Part shown: positions 39,297 to 52,069 of the stretch, in pieces
How the letters are laid out: each line of letters opens with the position of its first letter
How positions within the stretch are numbered: position 1 is the first letter of the stretch
Source of the DNA: Trichosphaerium sp. ATCC 40318
Lineage: Eukaryota > Protista > Tubulinea
Length of the DNA stretch: 64,000 nt
NCBI GenBank assembly: GCA_038496445.1
Contig: JALMLS010000423.1
Coordinates: forward strand, 124,001-188,000
Direction of reading: 5' to 3'
Notes under the pieces: model-generated
What the model saw: only the letters and a program-made list of their open reading frames with translations
What the model was told of the DNA's origin: nothing
Database searches by the model: none
Program-made: the position numbers and the translations under genes

Positions 39297-40421
39297 ATGG
39301 AAGAGGTACACCGAAATAACAAACTCAATAAGCTCGATATAACTCCAGCAAACGCAAATAATACCGTATTCGATCTCTTGGCACTCCCAGTTGAAATTAT
39401 TACTCATATTTTGAGGTTTGGGTCAAATTCAGCTCTGAGGTCAGCGCAAACATGTCGTTTTATGAGAAATATTGTAAACAACCATATTGGATATCACCTC
39501 ATAAACGTTAAGAACGAAAGTGAGTTTTCATTACTTTCTGGAAGTCCTTTGCTTCAAAATACAACTATTTCCTTGTATGATTGCGGAGACATTGTTAAAG
39601 ATTACCATCTACGTCTACTATCAGGCGTAAAAACTATTGACTTGACGGGATGCGATGGAGTGACTGATGAAGGTATAAAAGCATTGGCTGGTGTGCATAC
39701 TATTGACCTTTCTGGGCCGAATGTAACAGATGCAAGTATAAAAGCACTGGCTGGTGTACATAGTATCAATTTAGGATATTGTCAGGGCATAACAGATGAT
39801 GGCATCAAAGCGTTATCTGGTGTGCACACTATTTCTCTAGCAAAGACAAAAGTGACTGATGAGGGTGTGAAGTTATTGGTAGGTGTGCACAATATCGATT
39901 TAGCGTATTGTTATGACATAACAGATGAAGGTGTCAGGGCATTAGCTGGTGTACATACAATAGATTTATGTGATACAAAGGTGACAGATAAGAGTATCAA
40001 GGTATTGACAGGTGTGTATGAAATCAACTTGTTTAGTTGTAAAGGAATAACAGATGAAGGTGTCAAGGCATTAGCTGGTGTGCATACTATTAATTTATCT
40101 TATACAAACGTGACAGATATGAGTCTCAAGGCATTGGCAGGTGTTTATAGAATCGACTTGTATGAATGTGAACAAATAACAGATGATGGTATAAAGGCAC
40201 TAGCAGGTGTACATACTATTGACATATCTGCAACAAACGTAACAGATGAAGGTATCAAAGCATTGGCTGGTGTATATGACATCAATTTAGCGTATTGTTA
40301 TGACATAACAGATGACGGCATCAAAGCATTAGCAGGTGTTCACACAATTTATCTACAACAGACGAAAGCTACTGAAGAAGGTGTTAAGGTACTGGTAGGT
40401 GTGCAAAATATACATTGGTGA
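39297..40421 (+). CDS. Intronless F-box/LRR protein
   Basis: LLALPVEIITHIL F-box; about 12 LRRs (I/V)TD(D/E)G(I/V)KALAGVHTIxL; first ATG at 39297. Confidence 0.88.
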   Translation: MEEVHRNNKLNKLDITPANANNTVFDLLALPVEIITHILRFGSNSALRSAQTCRFMRNIVNNHIGYHLINVKNESEFSLLSGSPLLQNTTISLYDCGDIVKDYHLRLLSGVKTIDLTGCDGVTDEGIKALAGVHTIDLSGPNVTDASIKALAGVHSINLGYCQGITDDGIKALSGVHTISLAKTKVTDEGVKLLVGVHNIDLAYCYDITDEGVRALAGVHTIDLCDTKVTDKSIKVLTGVYEINLFSCKGITDEGVKALAGVHTINLSYTNVTDMSLKALAGVYRIDLYECEQITDDGIKALAGVHTIDISATNVTDEGIKALAGVYDINLAYCYDITDDGIKALAGVHTIYLQQTKATEEGVKVLVGVQNIHW

Positions 40422-41673
40422 TAGGCGGTATAGAACATGCTAGTGTTTCTGTAGACAACTGTATATTTTGCCGTGAATCATATGAGGGTTTTCATTATGT
40501 ACATGAAGCCAATAGAGCTTTGAACAATAACTAGTAACAGTTCTTATATTTTGGATCAACAATACAAAAGATAAACAAGTCAACAGCTGATTGATATCAA
40601 GAAGAAGAGTAACTATTAATAAACGATTAATCCTTTTTACAGCGTTTACAGATTTTTCATATCCTGTTTTTTTGTTGTTTTATACAGTTGTTCATCGCAT
40701 CTAAAGTTCATTCGTTTGCTAACAATTTTTACCAACAGTGATAATTTTTCCACTTGCTGTGTTGTATGTTTATGACCCAAGATTGTTATTGTGCACTAAA
40801 GGAAATGACAAAGGCTTGACGGGTCAATGACATTATTATGTGAACCAAAATAAGTCATGCTAGGATTAAGTCGTCATGAAAGCAGATATTCAAAGTTGTC
40901 CACACTGAAACAAAAAGTACTCCAAGTGTCGCATTATAGCAGCGCAAGCTTACTATTAATATTAAAAAGCAATTTTACTAACTATGGTACGTACAAAAAC
41001 AACATAAAACGTCTGAAGCTTCTTTGTAGCAAACTGAATTTACAAAAACGCGAGTTATTTTTGTTGAAAAAGAACTTTGGATTTAACCTGAAAAAATGCT
41101 ATTTTATTGTAACGTTAAGCCTACTTTCTAAACCGGCTGCTCCCGATTAGTAGCACGCACGTGGGTTTGCAGTACTTTTCACAAAATCGATTAGAGCCAC
41201 AATTGACTGAAAAATGTGCTGTTTTATGTAAAAATGTTGTACAAAAGGCCTCCAAAAGAACGGATTTCGAAGAAATAGAACATGCCGCCTAATTTCGCGA
41301 AAGTAGTGTAAATCCGTGATTTAAAATTACTTTGCTTTTGGCGTTGGTTTACATTACATTTCGCGAAATTACGGGGCAGCATCGCTTTTGAGACAAATTT
41401 CTAAAATTACGAAATTTTTACAAATTGTTTTTATTTATGGATTTCGAGAATCTTTGAGACGTTTTTACTCACCTCAGCCATCTTACACTTCAATTGCTAT
41501 TTATAACATGTACCCATGGTTCTATACTTGTAGGCGCAAAGTTTATTTACACTTCGTTTATGCTGTACCAAATAAAAGTAACCGGGACAGTCAAAGCAAT
41601 ATTTTTCATTATGCTTTTCAAAAATTTCAAACTGTCTCAAAAAGATCTGTGTGTTTACACTGTTTTTTAATAC

Positions 41674-42846
41674 TTGTGTTTTTGGCTTTTTACTCAGGTT
41701 GTCGCTAACACAAATTTCTTTTTAAAGTCTCTTTCCAAACGTAAACAAAAGTTGGACAGCAAACCAGATTCTTTGAGATTATTGGATATTCCAAGTGAGC
41801 TTCAAACTTACATTTGTACCTTCAATGCACAAGTATTCACAAAATTCCACACTCTATCAAAGAGAGCAGCACTTAATACACACTTTGATGAAATGTTGCA
41901 ACCAAAAGGAATATGGATGCAATGGTATAAAAATGGAAACCTGAAGCAACAGTGCAGCAAAGTTAATGGTAAAAATCATGGCGAAAACAAAGGATGGCAT
42001 GAGAACAGACAACTAAAGTATCAGTATATGAGTGTTGATGGCAACAAACATGGCGTAGAAAAGGGATGGCATGAGAATGGACAACTTTCAGAGCAGTACA
42101 TGTGGGCCGATGGAAAACAACACGGTGAATGCAAAAATTGGTATGAGAATGGACAACTTGAGGAACAAACCATGTGGTTTGAGGATAAACAACATGGTGA
42201 AACTAAAGATTGGTACAATGATGGTCAACTAAAACAGCAGGGCGTGTGGATTGATGGTAAGCGACATGGTCAAAGTGAAGGATGGTATGAAAATGGACAA
42301 TTAAAGTTTCATAATATGTGGGTTGATGGTAAACGTCATGGTAAACAAAAAGAATGGCATGAGAATGGACAACTAAAGTACCAGAGCATGTGGGTAAATG
42401 GCAAACAACACGGTGAATGTAATGCATGGCGTAAGAATGGACAACTTGCGGATCAGTTCATGTGGGTTGATGGTAAACAACAAGGTGAATGCAAATCTTG
42501 GTATGAGAATGGACAACTTGAGGAACAATCCATGTGGTTTGAGGATAAACAACATGGTGAAGGTAAAGGTTGGTATGAGAATGGCCAACTAAAGTGTCAG
42601 GGCATGTGGTTTGAGGGTAAACAGCATGGTGAAATCAAAGGTTGGTACAATAATGGCCAACTAAAGTGTCAGGGCACGTGGTTTGAGGGTAAAAAGCATG
42701 GTGAACTCAAAGGTTGGTACAATAATGGGCATCTACAATTTAAGAGCTTGTGGGTAAATGATAAACAACATGGTGTAAGTAAAGGATGGCATGAGAATGG
42801 CCAACTAAAGCATCATTATATGTGGGTTGATGGTAAAAAGCAGTGA
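41674..42846 (+). CDS. Intronless F-box-like plus MORN-variant repeat protein (start unresolved)
   Basis: LLDIPSELQTYI; about 13 24-aa repeats W(Y/H)ENGQLxxQxMWxDGKxHGExKG; no in-frame ATG before the F-box-like motif; decayed repeats continue past the stop. Confidence 0.75.
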   Translation: MCFWLFTQVVANTNFFLKSLSKRKQKLDSKPDSLRLLDIPSELQTYICTFNAQVFTKFHTLSKRAALNTHFDEMLQPKGIWMQWYKNGNLKQQCSKVNGKNHGENKGWHENRQLKYQYMSVDGNKHGVEKGWHENGQLSEQYMWADGKQHGECKNWYENGQLEEQTMWFEDKQHGETKDWYNDGQLKQQGVWIDGKRHGQSEGWYENGQLKFHNMWVDGKRHGKQKEWHENGQLKYQSMWVNGKQHGECNAWRKNGQLADQFMWVDGKQQGECKSWYENGQLEEQSMWFEDKQHGEGKGWYENGQLKCQGMWFEGKQHGEIKGWYNNGQLKCQGTWFEGKKHGELKGWYNNGHLQFKSLWVNDKQHGVSKGWHENGQLKHHYMWVDGKKQ

Positions 42847-43722
42847 AAGCAAAGGATGATAGCCAACTATAGATAGTGGGTTTTAGAAAACAGCACAATG
42901 AAAGAAAAAGACATATGAAAATGTAATATTAGTTACTGTATGGCAATAAAACGTTCTTTGATCTTACAACGTTGTAGCAAGCAGATATCAGAATGTGATA
43001 GTACCAAAACTATAACATCCTATAGCCATTAAGTGGCCATTTTTTAATGCAACTGAAACAAGCTACTAATGCCGTATTATAAAGTACTAAGCGAAACACA
43101 CTTTCTATTTTCAACCAAGTTGCCATGGCGGTCTTGATTAAATGTACATGGAAACTCCTACAACAATGTTGCTCACTCTGAGGGTATGTTTGTTATCAAG
43201 GATCTTGTACACCATGAAGTCCTTGCCACATGGAAACAGATTAAACACATTTTAGATAAGACGTTTAAATATACAGACAACATCTCCCACTAGACTGAAC
43301 ACGTTCAATTGGGAGCTGGTTTCTCTTCAGCGGGAGGCTGTTCCTCTACGTTTTTTGCTGCTCTACTGGAGATAAAAATAACTATGTAGCATGAACTTTG
43401 TAATCTTTGGCTCAGTGAGTCGTCCTTGTAGTAAACTTTTTTATTCAAAAGACTTTAAGAAATAATAAAAATGCACAAGATACATTATCCTTGGTTAAAG
43501 AAACAACTTCTGATTCAGTGTTTAACTGATTCTTCAATCCATAGCTTTATTAAGCGCCTACACTCTGATCATCATACTGCACTCGTTTTTTCATTTTTGT
43601 GAAGTGTGCTAGTCGCGTGCGAACTAATAAACCAAACAAGGGGAATTGTTTGCTTATGGTTTTTATTACATTGGAATTAAATACAACGTTGATTTGTAAG
43701 TAAGGAAGATAATAATCGGGAA

Positions 43723-44572
43723 TTAATTGCGCTGCCAGGCATTTATATTCTTATCGTACTCCTCCACACTTTTTTTTCTGCCAGTGTATTGATCATACTG
43801 ACGAAACTGAACATTACAACGAGCATATCCAAGATTTTCGACTGAATTCCACCATGCAGGCACCTCATCTGGATATACTTTTGGGACACTGTGCTCAATT
43901 TTACCAAAGTTACCAAAGACAATATCTCCAGAGTATAGTTTGAAAGATTGACCATCAAACATAAAGTCACAAGGTGCACCAAGTGTAAGGGTACCAGCCC
44001 ATTTAAAGTCTTTAAGAGTAAGCTTTAAATATGGTAACATTTTTACTATTACGTACCGGGATCTTTATGTTTAAACAACATGCCCTTTTTAGGGTACATC
44101 TGAGCAATAAAATTGTCAATCGTCTTGAGATTTTCGATTTTGTACATGTCATCGAGATTTGCGTTGTCTTCTTGATCTGAAACGTAGGTTTTTATATCGT
44201 TGAGCACGTGGTTGATCCATTGTAGGGTCTTTGTAGGTTCTACAACAAGTGTTAATCAAAATGAACTACAAGTTATACAGACGTACTTTCTTCCATTGTA
44301 CATTCATCAGTAAGCACATTCCTGTAGTAAGTCATTGGGAAAGGAAATTGTTTGTCCTTGAAGTTGTCACTTGCTGCCATCGATTTTAAGTCAGCAATAT
44401 ATCTCTGTTGGAGAAAGCAAGGTTAATACAACGTGTCAAAGAATATGTGTACTGGTGCAGCCATTGTAAACATATCGTTAAAAAGTTGTTCTTGTTCGCT
44501 TGCAGAAAGAACATTGCGTGCTATAATACCACCTTTTGGGAGAAGCTCAAAGTTTCTTGTAGTTGTTGACAT
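43723..44572 (-). CDS. AlkB-family 2OG-Fe(II) dioxygenase
   Basis: Spliced YPKKGMLFKHKD...TLTLGAPCDFMF...LYSGDIVF...HSVPKV...RCNVQFRQ gives the HxD...H...RxNxxFR signature. Confidence 0.88.
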
Positions 44573-45000
44573 GTGCTATCTTTACTTGTAAAATAATTAT
44601 AGTTAAGGGCGCAAGCTAGCTTGCAATTCTAACCAATCAAAAGCGAGGTGAATTCAACTTTTTGTATTCCTGAATACAACAATAGAATACGTTTATAAGC
44701 CTTCCAAACATTCTTGTTTTACTGACTTGCTTATGCGTCAACCTACGTAATATCCGCAACTTATACGCAAGACAATTTGAAACTTTTTCAGCAAGAACAT
44801 TTCATATGTACTTGTTGAATTACTTGTCGTTTCCATGCCTTGTTTTTTTTTTCTTCTGCGATATTCAGTAAATCTTACAGCGCCATGTGCAATTTTCGCA
44901 CTTTTTACCTCGTTCTTGCGTTATCTATTTCACGTTTTGAGCTTAACCAATGTAACAAGGTGACGATGATATTACGGCACTAGATAGGTCCTATATAGCG

Positions 45001-45024
45001 CTATATCTCGGCCTCTCACGAACC
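45001..45024 (+). promoter_or_regulatory. Second copy of the 24-bp Kazal upstream element
   Basis: Exact reverse complement of 20949-20972. Confidence 0.55.
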
Positions 45025-45048
45025 TGCTTACTCTCAAGTGTTAATGAC

Positions 45049-45362
45049 ATGTATTACTTACACCATAAGGCCTTGTTTATTATCTTTGTTTCTGGTGGAT
45101 TGTTATGTCCTGAGTGCCCTCCATTCGCTCCACCAATATGTGGTTGTGACGGCACGATGTATCCAAACCTGTGCGTATGCTCAAACTACAACGAAAATAT
45201 TTTGTTTTCTCCTCACATAAACTCACAATGTTTAATAGGTGTGAGGCGTGCCTGGCTGGTATTTTAGAATGCGATATTAGTGTCTGCCTGGGAGCTTGTA
45301 TACCTGTTATGAGGGGAGGATACAGAGCCGCCACGCGTAAACGAATGTTCGAAAACATGTAG
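45049..45362 (+). CDS. Second Kazal-like cysteine-rich peptide
   Basis: Two exons give MYYLHHKALFIIFVSGGLLCPECPPFAPPICGCDGTMYPNLCEACLAGILECDISVCLGACIPVMRGGYRAATRKRMFENM*; same intron position as the 20.6 kb paralog. Confidence 0.65.
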
Positions 45363-45572
45363 CAACCCCGAAACTCATCAAGAAATCATTAAAAATAAAG
45401 TTACCAACACTAATAACCATAGTGTTCTACAATAGTATTGTTAGTGACTACAATTGGCAAACAAACGTTTTCATAAACTCGCGGGTTGAGCAAGATCGTT
45501 ACGGAGATACCTTTGTGCGTTTCTATTAAAAAACTTGTGATTGAACAATCTCAAAAAAAGTACAATCGCACA

Positions 45573-48500
45573 ACTAACTTCTCAAACTATTTTTATTCTT
45601 TACAAAACAACTTCACACTTGCAATTCATCTTTGGGTAACGCTTTTCATAGTCATTCTTGCATTTGAAAACATTTCAGGCTTCCGATTTAGCCTTTTATT
45701 GATGTTATTGCTTGTTTCTCTATGTCATTGTCCTCATCATTTTCATCCTTTTGGTTCTTTAATTTGCTTTCTAAGTATTTTACCTTTTCTTTCAAGTCCT
45801 TAACTTGTTGTTTTAAATCACCGTTTGTATCATCTATTGTTGATCCCTTGTTAATGCTTGAAATATCCACACTTGTTGTTCTTCTCTTAGAATTACTAGT
45901 TTCGGTGTCAAGCATCATGTAGTGTATGCGTGGTATTACCAAAGATAGTACTGACACAAAAGGTCCAAGCACAATACTTCCAGATCGTAACACGAACTTC
46001 AGTGTCCGATTCTCACCTCCAATCACCTACAAAGCGTTAATTTAGTATCCATAAATCCCATACAATAACATACTTGTACAATGCCTAATATGGCAATGAA
46101 GAAAGCGAGAGTGTAGACTGAGAATCCAATAAATCTATTGGAGAAAAACTATGTTAAAAAGATAAATGATAGCGCTTTTTTTACGTACTTGGACTCGTTG
46201 TATAGTACTGACTTTAGTTTCCATATTCTCACTGCCCAATATAGACCGTATATGATGATACCAATATTGAACACAGCCAATATACCAAAGAATATCTTGT
46301 CATTGTCTCCGAAAGTACAAACAAAGTAATCATCCGATAAAATATACGGTTTGGCTGGTTCTAGTACAGCACGTGAACGGCTTACTATTGTCCAAATAGA
46401 TAGGAGCACAACCTCTACTGCAACGATACCAGCAACAATAGGAATTATCATCATGTTTGTGACTTTAATTATTTCCAAAGTATCAACACGGAAAATCTGC
46501 CCAATACGATAGATCCGAGCAAACAATGATCCATAAGTCAACTACTCCTCTGTAAGCGATCGAAATCAAACTAAAAATAGAAAACGTACACTAAAACCTA
46601 TACAAAGCAACCATCGCAACATATTGCAATGAAAGTCGTCTGTATGTAGAGTCCAGAAAAAAACGGTTGAGTACATTGTGATTGAACCAATCTGTTTCAA
46701 TAATTAATCAAAGAGAAGTGGACTTAAAAGATACGTACCAAGGTGAGAACAACAAACAAAGGTTGTGAAGCACGTATTATTCGATTATTTTGGAATATGA
46801 TTACCCATATTACAAGCCCCATTGTCATTAAAATAATAAATGAAACCAGAGCAAGCACAACTCGTTCAGCTGTTGTTTCTGCAGAAAATTACTTAGCGTT
46901 AGTGACTAAACGTTCACACGTACTATACCACCCGTATGTGGTTTCACGTTCATCCCATTTAGGAGCTGGATATATGAAAGGTGTCGTGACAGCAAACAAA
47001 GGTGCTACAACTTGATAATTCAAGTCTTGATCCAATTGATAAGTAAGAGAGAATCTTCCTAAATTCTGTCCATACAAATCAAATTGAAACTCCCCACCAA
47101 AACTTTTCATGTTCATATTATTAATGGCATCTTGTATCTTATCTGTATCGAGAGAACTATTGATTGAACAAATAAATAAATCACGTGCGTTCTGATAAAA
47201 ACCCGTTTTGGTGTCGTACTTTGCTTTTTCAACAGAATACTGAACCATGTAGCCTGCAACATATCCTGTCATACCATGCTGGCCTGGAGATACACCAAAT
47301 CTTTCTCGGTACTTTTGCGCAAACAATTGAGGTGATGACAATGTGCCGTTACTAAGGAAGTGATAGTGTCTGATATTTGGATCGTCTTCATCGTAGATAT
47401 TGTCATGAAGATATTCATTCCACTAAGGAAAACCACTGTAAGTTCGCATTTATGGAACAAATTCTCACCATGTTTCCTGCATCCATTACGTATTTGATAT
47501 CCGAGCCTAAATTCTTAAAGTTCACAGGAAGAAGACAAGGGACTGAGAATAAGTATGCCTAAAAATGTGAGAATTAAGATATTTTTTTCTCCTTGCCTTT
47601 GCATTGAAATTCAATTCTCTTGCTATTCTCATAAGCGTTGCACATGATGTGACAGTACCACCAATCACCGCATCTATAGAAAAGAATCATTAAAGAAGAA
47701 ATGAAGAATGGAGATCGGTCTTACCTGGTTTCAAATCCTTAAGCTCCTCTACCATTTCTCGTACATCTGATTCTTGACCTTCAGGATCAACCCTGTCTCT
47801 GATTTCTTTTTGGTAAACTAAATCAAACCCCAAGAACGATATACCTCTAAGAGCGCCAACACCTATGCCTTTGCGAGATGCTGGGAGTTGTCAGTACCCA
47901 ATTGACACAATCGAACTTACTCTCCCAAAACAAGGCAACAGACTTCACATTCTGGATTGCCAATAGATTCAACGACTGATACATAGATACTTCTGCTGGA
48001 ATAAATATCTCAACAGTGTATGGCAATCGACGCCCAAATGGAACCTTGCAAGGAGGCCTCAGAGCTTCATCGCAAATATGATTCGTTGATTGTCCGGCTG
48101 CACCTGTGTTGGTGTTAACCACTGAAAAAGTTAAGTATCACTTACTCCATATAGAGTTGATTTTATATTCATTTGCAACGAGAGCAGCTGGTAATCCAAG
48201 TTCAGTTGAAAGTGGCTTAACAAAATGTTAAGTTTACTCTAAAATAAGTCTGACGTACAAGAAAAATCATGTTTACATTGCGCTCTGTAATAAGTACTCT
48301 TGTTGCATTAGCAGTAGCTTCGCCTGTAGGTTCTATAAAAAGTACTTTTAGAAAAGCAGTTTTTCAACACAAAACTGCACGTGTCTTCAACGTGAAGTGA
48401 GGGAGCGACCGTTTTAAATACTTTAAATAGTTTTGGTGTTGTTGTGGGTTCAAATGAATGTATAGCGCACCAACAATAGAGAATATAATTTCAACTGTAT

Positions 48501-48957
48501 AAAGAGATCCATTAATTAGTAGCCCTCCTCTTTCGTTTACCTTTGTATGTTAGAGTACTTTAAAATTGTTGTAATTTGTATACCGTGTCTCGCCACATCT
48601 CGTGACTGTTGCGTTGTAATATACAATTGTCGTGGAAACGAGGATACACGCTACCTATTCTGAACACCTTTTGGGTAGCTACAGCTACAATAATGAGGAG
48701 CATACATAAGAGCACAGCGTGCAGCATTTGTTTCTAGTTGATGTTATGTTGTATCCCAAACTGCAATATTGTGGACTATTGTTTCTACTCCGGCTCCGCA
48801 AACCAAAACCATCAGATATTACGTGTTTATTATCGTGGCAAGTTATTTAGCTTTGTTGCTGTACTACGATCTTTTGTTAAGTGAATCAAATAGGCATTAC
48901 AATCACATAATTAACCCGGGTGCCGGCCAATTAGAACCTCCATAAATTTATCACATC
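45573..48957. repeat. Left arm of an approximately 3.4-kb inverted duplication
   Basis: Reverse-complement match to 52991-56390, including introns and both flanks. Confidence 0.93.
45688..48727 (-). CDS. Family C GPCR (Venus-flytrap domain plus 7TM_3), copy 1
   Basis: Signal peptide; periplasmic-binding-like exons (VNERGGLLING; FGGEFQFDLYGQN); 7TM_3 hallmarks IIRASQPLF, YGSLFARIYRIGQIF, YNESK; C-terminal coiled coil. Confidence 0.88.
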
Positions 48958-49961
48958 ATGTTCTATTATACAACTTACATCGAATGTATTTATACAAAAG
49001 GTTCAGTCGTATCAGAAGGCAATACACCAACCTCGCATTCCACACTGTCACGCTATAAGAGAGTTCAAAATAACGAAATGTACAAAACAACATTTCTGCA
49101 CTTACGTTTCCATCAAGCATTTTTTCATTGTACTCACGTACGTTTCAGTATCAATCAACCCTATATTGCTAGGTAGTATCGGTATGCCGGTACACTATAC
49201 TTTTTGCCCTAAATATCACTCAAGTCACTGCATTTGAGGTGAGTATGGCGGTATCACAATCAGGCCATGTCTTCTCACGGGAAAACAACAGATACCACGG
49301 ATTGGGTCATTCATGCGACAAGGAGAAAGGTTCACCAGTTGAACATGTTCAAAGTAAGTACAGTATGATTGCAATCAAATAGGTGAAACTAACAAATGCG
49401 ATAGGCTGACGATGTGACTACCACCTAATGAAACCAATAAAGAATAACCACGTGATGTGATTAAACCGCCGTATCTCAGCAATCATGGATTGGTGGTAAA
49501 AAGTTGCAAGGTACATCTCAAAACATAAACTGTTTTGCGAAAAGAAACATTTTTACGGTTAAAGTTCTGTTTATTAAGTTTATCTCACTTAAAGATACAA
49601 GCTGCATGTTCACTCGGACCGCCAGGTTCATCCGGAGCAGGGTCTTGATGACGTGCTCATCATCAAGGGCAGTAACGTTCACTGAAGTGACTTCCTTACA
49701 AGAATGAAATCAAATTAAAAACCAACACTGGAAGTTAAGCACCTTATCATGGTAAAGCCTAAATACATAGGTAACTGTTTATTCTCTTTGAACACGGAAG
49801 TATTTTTCAATTAATACGCGGATTACCCAACGCGAAAAATAGGCTGCTAACATAAAAAGAACGAATAAACAACTTTGGAGGCACAGTTTTATTGCTTTGA
49901 TATGTTAAAGTTACATAATGCTACTGTTGATCAATAGGATGCGAAATGTTATTCTAGTCTT

Positions 49962-52069
49962 TTACTGCCAATTCAATTCACTTCTGTCAAACCTCAAACC
50001 GGGCCATCCGGTATCATTGTGAACGCTATGATGTGGCATAACATAGCCATACTTTGCATAGCTAAGTAGAAATGGTAACTTTGCAAAGTTACTTCTAAAT
50101 GTGCCAACCCATCCATCACAATCGCTCATCATTATCATATTCGCAATAACTTGAATAGTGGGTAAATGACCTGAACAAAAAAGTAAGAATTACATAAACT
50201 TGTAACAGAGAAAAACTAAGAAACAAAACGATTTAGCAAAAAGAGACCAAAAAAAAAAAAGAATGTCACGTAATGTGTAGATTGCTATGTTAAGACAGTA
50301 CTATCCAAGTATGCGCAGGGTGCAAACCTACGTATCCTTAAGCGTAAACATACAACAAAGTTCAACTAAAGCACGTGGAACACTTAAAAATTGAGCAGAA
50401 ATATATAAAAAGCACTAGATTCCTACTTGCTTACGCAAGACAGATAGTAAATTTAAGTAGGTTACCTAGATGTTTATATTTCTCTACAAGAGCAGACCCT
50501 TTGATATTTTCTCTCGGTTCTTCGTTGTATATAACTTCATAGCTTGTTGAATTTTTCATTATGTCTATAACCTCTGGATCATCTGTTGCTAAAAAAATCC
50601 TATTGACATTCTGCCCTTTAGTTTCGTTGAAATGTTTTTGTAGCTTTGTTATACTATCAATAAACCCTTCTATAGGATAAAGCTTATTCTCAGTATATCC
50701 ATCACCATGACGTATATGTAAACAAATTAAAGGATGCTGCCATTTGATTTTTTTTCGAATGTCCATTACTACCTCCATAACCTCAGGAAGTGGCTGCCAT
50801 ATAAAATGAAGAACCTGTGCATAGTACCAAAGAAGACCTCTAGATTTTAAAATAACATCAGTTTCAAGCGAGTACATCACAACAAGTAAAAAAACCCACG
50901 TGATTTCACTGAAGGACGTGTATTTTTTTTTGTTTGCTTTTTAGCGTACCTCTTAGTTTTGCCAAACTTAGTTGTAGGTTTAGTGATAACAGGCGAATCA
51001 GGATAGAATATATCATTGTCATTACTAATATTCAATCTGGAATCAAATGTGGGACAAGGAGTGAATTGATTAAAGAAGCATTCAAAGGTTTGCTTTGGGC
51101 ATAATGACATGTGGGCATATTTAGATAAGCTACCACGCTGAAGTGAAATAGTTCTATTACTCTCAAAAGAGGAGACCATAGCAGTAACCTAAGCGCAATT
51201 AAACAACGAATCAAGTACGGAGTTAACATCAAATCACTGACTGGAGCTATACGAGTTTACTATTTAAAATACACTAAATTAATCACTTACCACGCGCCAC
51301 ATGTCTGCACCAAGTCCTCCAAATCTTGGAGCAATTTGTAATAACCGATTGCATTTTGATTCCATTTGATTATTCCAAAGCCATTGTTGCATTCTCCACT
51401 TTAACTTACTATCAATATAGTCTTTTTCAGTTTGTATCCACGTGGTGTAGTGATCTTATATCGAAGTTAAAAAAATTCACTACAAGAATATGTGTGGTTG
51501 ACGCGGAATAGCGCCAATATTATTCAAAGCAACATGAAGCTTTTCACTTCATTGTCAGGTCGCTCTTTTTTTTCGCCAATGAGGTGTATTTGAGCCTGGA
51601 TGATACCAATGGTGCAAAGTAATAACAAGGATATACTTTAGAGCTAGGAAAAATAGTGCTATTCCGAGTCAACCACGAAATCCTTTCAGCGAGTTTGTCT
51701 ACTTTTTTTTTCAACCAACAATGAGAAACTCTTCAAATAAGCCTGTCAAACGTTTTAATAGGTAAACGTACTTATAAAATCGGCGTTTCCTACATCATGT
51801 CACTATTCAGAGATATTAATCGAAAAATACTTACCAGACGCTTTTAGTATCGGATTATCGCGTTCCCACGTGATTTTATGTTCGTCGAAGCTTTCTTCTG
51901 TTGTGTCACGTAAATTAACATCACGTGGTTCTTCGCCGCTGGTATCATCTACAGGCTCTACTATGAGGAGTATTGGGTTGTTATCAGTAAGAAGAGTTGC
52001 GTAATTAAGTAGAAACACTGTGATAAGGCCTACAGAAGCAAGGGTGATGATAGTCTTAGTACGCGCCAT
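49962..52069 (-). CDS. Alpha-1,6-fucosyltransferase-like (FUT8/NodZ, GT23) type II membrane protein
   Basis: N-terminal TM; motif I LHIRHGD, motif II RIFLATDD, motif III MSDCDGWVGTFRSN. Confidence 0.8.
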
